Below are positions 40,064-41,795 of a stretch of DNA of 41,795 nt, one piece after another; the stretch's first letter is position 1; each line of letters begins with the position of its first letter. A program made the position numbers and the translations under genes. The notes under the pieces are model-generated. The model was given only the letters and a program-made list of their open reading frames with translations, made no database searches and was not told the origin of the DNA. Source of the DNA: Clostridia bacterium (GTDB lineage: Bacteria > Bacillota > Clostridia > Oscillospirales > CAG-272); the NCBI GenBank assembly GCA_017625915.1, contig JAGAJV010000191.1, positions 1 through 41,795 on the forward strand, given 5' to 3'.

Positions 40064-40935
40064 ATTTTACCTCCATCAATTAATCTACAATTTTGTGCAC
40101 CAACCATGTAGTCATTAAGTCTATCACCACACATATATTCATACGCTATGCAAACAAGAGATAATATTTTTCCTGAGCCATTTGACATATAAATAGTAAT
40201 CTCTTTATCCTTTATGTGTGCTACATTTTTTGTACATAAGCCTATACTACATGCTTCATCTAAAATTTCTGTGGCTATTTCATCAGTAAGCCCTGTCCTT
40301 TTAGCAACAAATGATGCTGAAATGTTTGTTGATGTAGTTTTTGTATGAATCAGCTTTATAACCTTTAAAGTATCCGGTTTTGAAAGAAAACTAAACAGCT
40401 TAGATATTTTATTTTGAATGTCCTCTTTGGCTAGCCACTCAAAATTATTCCTATTACCCAGCAATTGAATATACATTGATAAATCATCTGTATTTAGATG
40501 CATTTCAAACTCTTCGTTTGTTTCTACTTGGGAACGACAAAAATAATGTCCATCTAAAATATCACTGCTTGGCACAATTGTTTTCTTATCAGTAGGTGTA
40601 CTAATCGATTCCATAATTTTTGTCCTGAGCATTTCAAAGTTAATTTGGAATGTTTTTAAAATGCCGCCTTCAAAATCAAGCTCCGAAAGCTCTTGCTTCA
40701 ATAAGTCTGTGGATTTAATATCTTTTGCTGAATTTATTCCTAAAATATAATCCGTGCTAACGCTATAATATTCTGCCAATTTACCTAACATTGTAAGGTT
40801 TGGCTCACTCATTCCGTTTTCCCACTTTGATAAGGTTTTATTTGAAATTTCAAGAAAGGTTGCTACCTCATCTTGTGTTAACGATAAACCGTTTCTTAGT
40901 TCTGCTAATTTGCTTCCTACATTGATATTTTCCAT
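40060..40935 (-). CDS. XRE-family regulator with C-terminal winged-helix-like domain (paralogue)
   Basis: LTQDEVATFLEISNKTLSKWENG..EP...VSTDYILG; ATGA overlap with the downstream paralogue. Confidence 0.85.
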   Translation of the reverse strand: MENINVGSKLAELRNGLSLTQDEVATFLEISNKTLSKWENGMSEPNLTMLGKLAEYYSVSTDYILGINSAKDIKSTDLLKQELSELDFEGGILKTFQINFEMLRTKIMESISTPTDKKTIVPSSDILDGHYFCRSQVETNEEFEMHLNTDDLSMYIQLLGNRNNFEWLAKEDIQNKISKLFSFLSKPDTLKVIKLIHTKTTSTNISASFVAKRTGLTDEIATEILDEACSIGLCTKNVAHIKDKEITIYMSNGSGKILSLVCIAYEYMCGDRLNDYMVGAQNCRLIDGGKI

Positions 40936-40980
40936 AAGTGTACCTCGAAAATTTATTCAAGTTCCGGTCCTTGTACCTTA

Positions 40981-41035
40981 ATTATACTTGAAACCTATCG
41001 TAGAGTCAATGGAGAATAATTATATAAATTCTCCA
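40981..41035 (-). promoter_or_regulatory. SigA promoter plus adjacent palindromic operator of the XRE pair
   Basis: TTGACT (41009-41004)-17 bp-TATAAT (40986-40981); TGGAGAAT-N10-ATTCTCCA (41010-41035). Confidence 0.7.
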
Positions 41036-41074
41036 AAACAGAGATTTTTATTACGCGCCATCAATTGTAGTTAG

Positions 41075-41102
41075 AAAAACGAGTGCCGAAGCACTCGCTT
41101 TT
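41075..41102 (-). terminator. Terminator after the GNAT-like gene
   Basis: CGAGTGC-CGAA-GCACTCG stem (TTCG loop on the minus strand) with U tract. Confidence 0.8.
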
Positions 41103-41104
41103 GA

Positions 41105-41795
41105 TTATTTGCTATATCTGCGAACCTCTGCAACTTTTGTTAGTCCAATTTTTTCGCTTTGAGCAACACTGACATAGGAGGTATCTTCTTTCGCATTTGC
41201 GTTGCCTAATATAGCTCCGTTTTTAATGCAGTTTTGAACTGTATATTTCCAAAGTGCTTCAATCGCATTTTTATCATTGGTTATTGAGAAAACTGCACCG
41301 ATATCGTACTTATTTAATTCTCTTACTCTGTCAAGCACAGGAGTTGCAAGGCATACAAGCTCATTATTTACAAATGCACCATATGCTTTTTCACCAATAT
41401 TGCCCTTGCCTTCAAATGCAATCTGCAAGCCTCTTAAATGGGTTTCTCCACATCCACCTTTTGATTTAAAGCTTTGAATATATGGCATATCTTCCTTACT
41501 TAATTCTCTTACAGTTATACCATTATAGCTTGGAAGTGTAATTTGCTCGTCTGCATAAACCATATCATAACCATATCTACAAACAAGACCAAGCTTTGCA
41601 ACCTCTGCGTTAAAGCTGTCCCATTCCTCATAGGTGTTTTTACGCATTGTAAAGCTATAATTTTCAGTTTTTGCAAGAAGCTTAAGATATGCAATAGCAT
41701 CCCTTTCGCTGACGCAGATTAAGTCAATAACTATTCTTTCGTTGTTATAATCTGACACGCACACAAAATGCTCTAATGTGTCGCTTTCACCAAGA
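41105..41795 (-). CDS. GNAT-like protein, 5' end outside window
   Basis: Frame open to the window edge; AYGAFVNNELVC, DIGAVF, SVAQSEKIGL pattern. Confidence 0.6.
   Translation of the reverse strand, partial: LGESDTLEHFVCVSDYNNERIVIDLICVSERDAIAYLKLLAKTENYSFTMRKNTYEEWDSFNAEVAKLGLVCRYGYDMVYADEQITLPSYNGITVRELSKEDMPYIQSFKSKGGCGETHLRGLQIAFEGKGNIGEKAYGAFVNNELVCLATPVLDRVRELNKYDIGAVFSITNDKNAIEALWKYTVQNCIKNGAILGNANAKEDTSYVSVAQSEKIGLTKVAEVRRYSK

Overview
AT-rich chromosomal window from a spore-forming Clostridia-like Firmicute (inferred from sigH, gpr-spoIIP, ytfI-ytfJ-dacB, a large-type SRP RNA and a CIRCE element). Most of it is housekeeping backbone: the 3' end of guaB, an AI-2E transporter, eno, ffs-dnaX-ybaB-recR, a TIGR03960/TIGR03936 radical SAM pair, rlmB, sigH, mecA, rqcH, lon-engB, scpAB, rluB and groES-groEL. 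Small accessory inserts include an XRE-membrane regulator, a GH9, a lipoprotein, a NADAR-like pseudogene, and an ECF-fusion/tandem-XRE/GNAT block at the right end. I found no intact mobile element, CRISPR array, rRNA or tRNA. The most notable observations are: a P1B-ATPase-like membrane protein lacking the catalytic motifs and coupled to the radical SAM pair; a SpoIIP with substituted catalytic residues; an unannotated 47-aa ORF behind a SigG-like promoter; a phage-type NADAR gene with three clustered lesions; an ECF sigma fusion with a possible internal start next to two coupled XRE paralogues; and related terminator hairpins bracketing accessory genes. All family calls come from motif recognition by eye, not from database searches.
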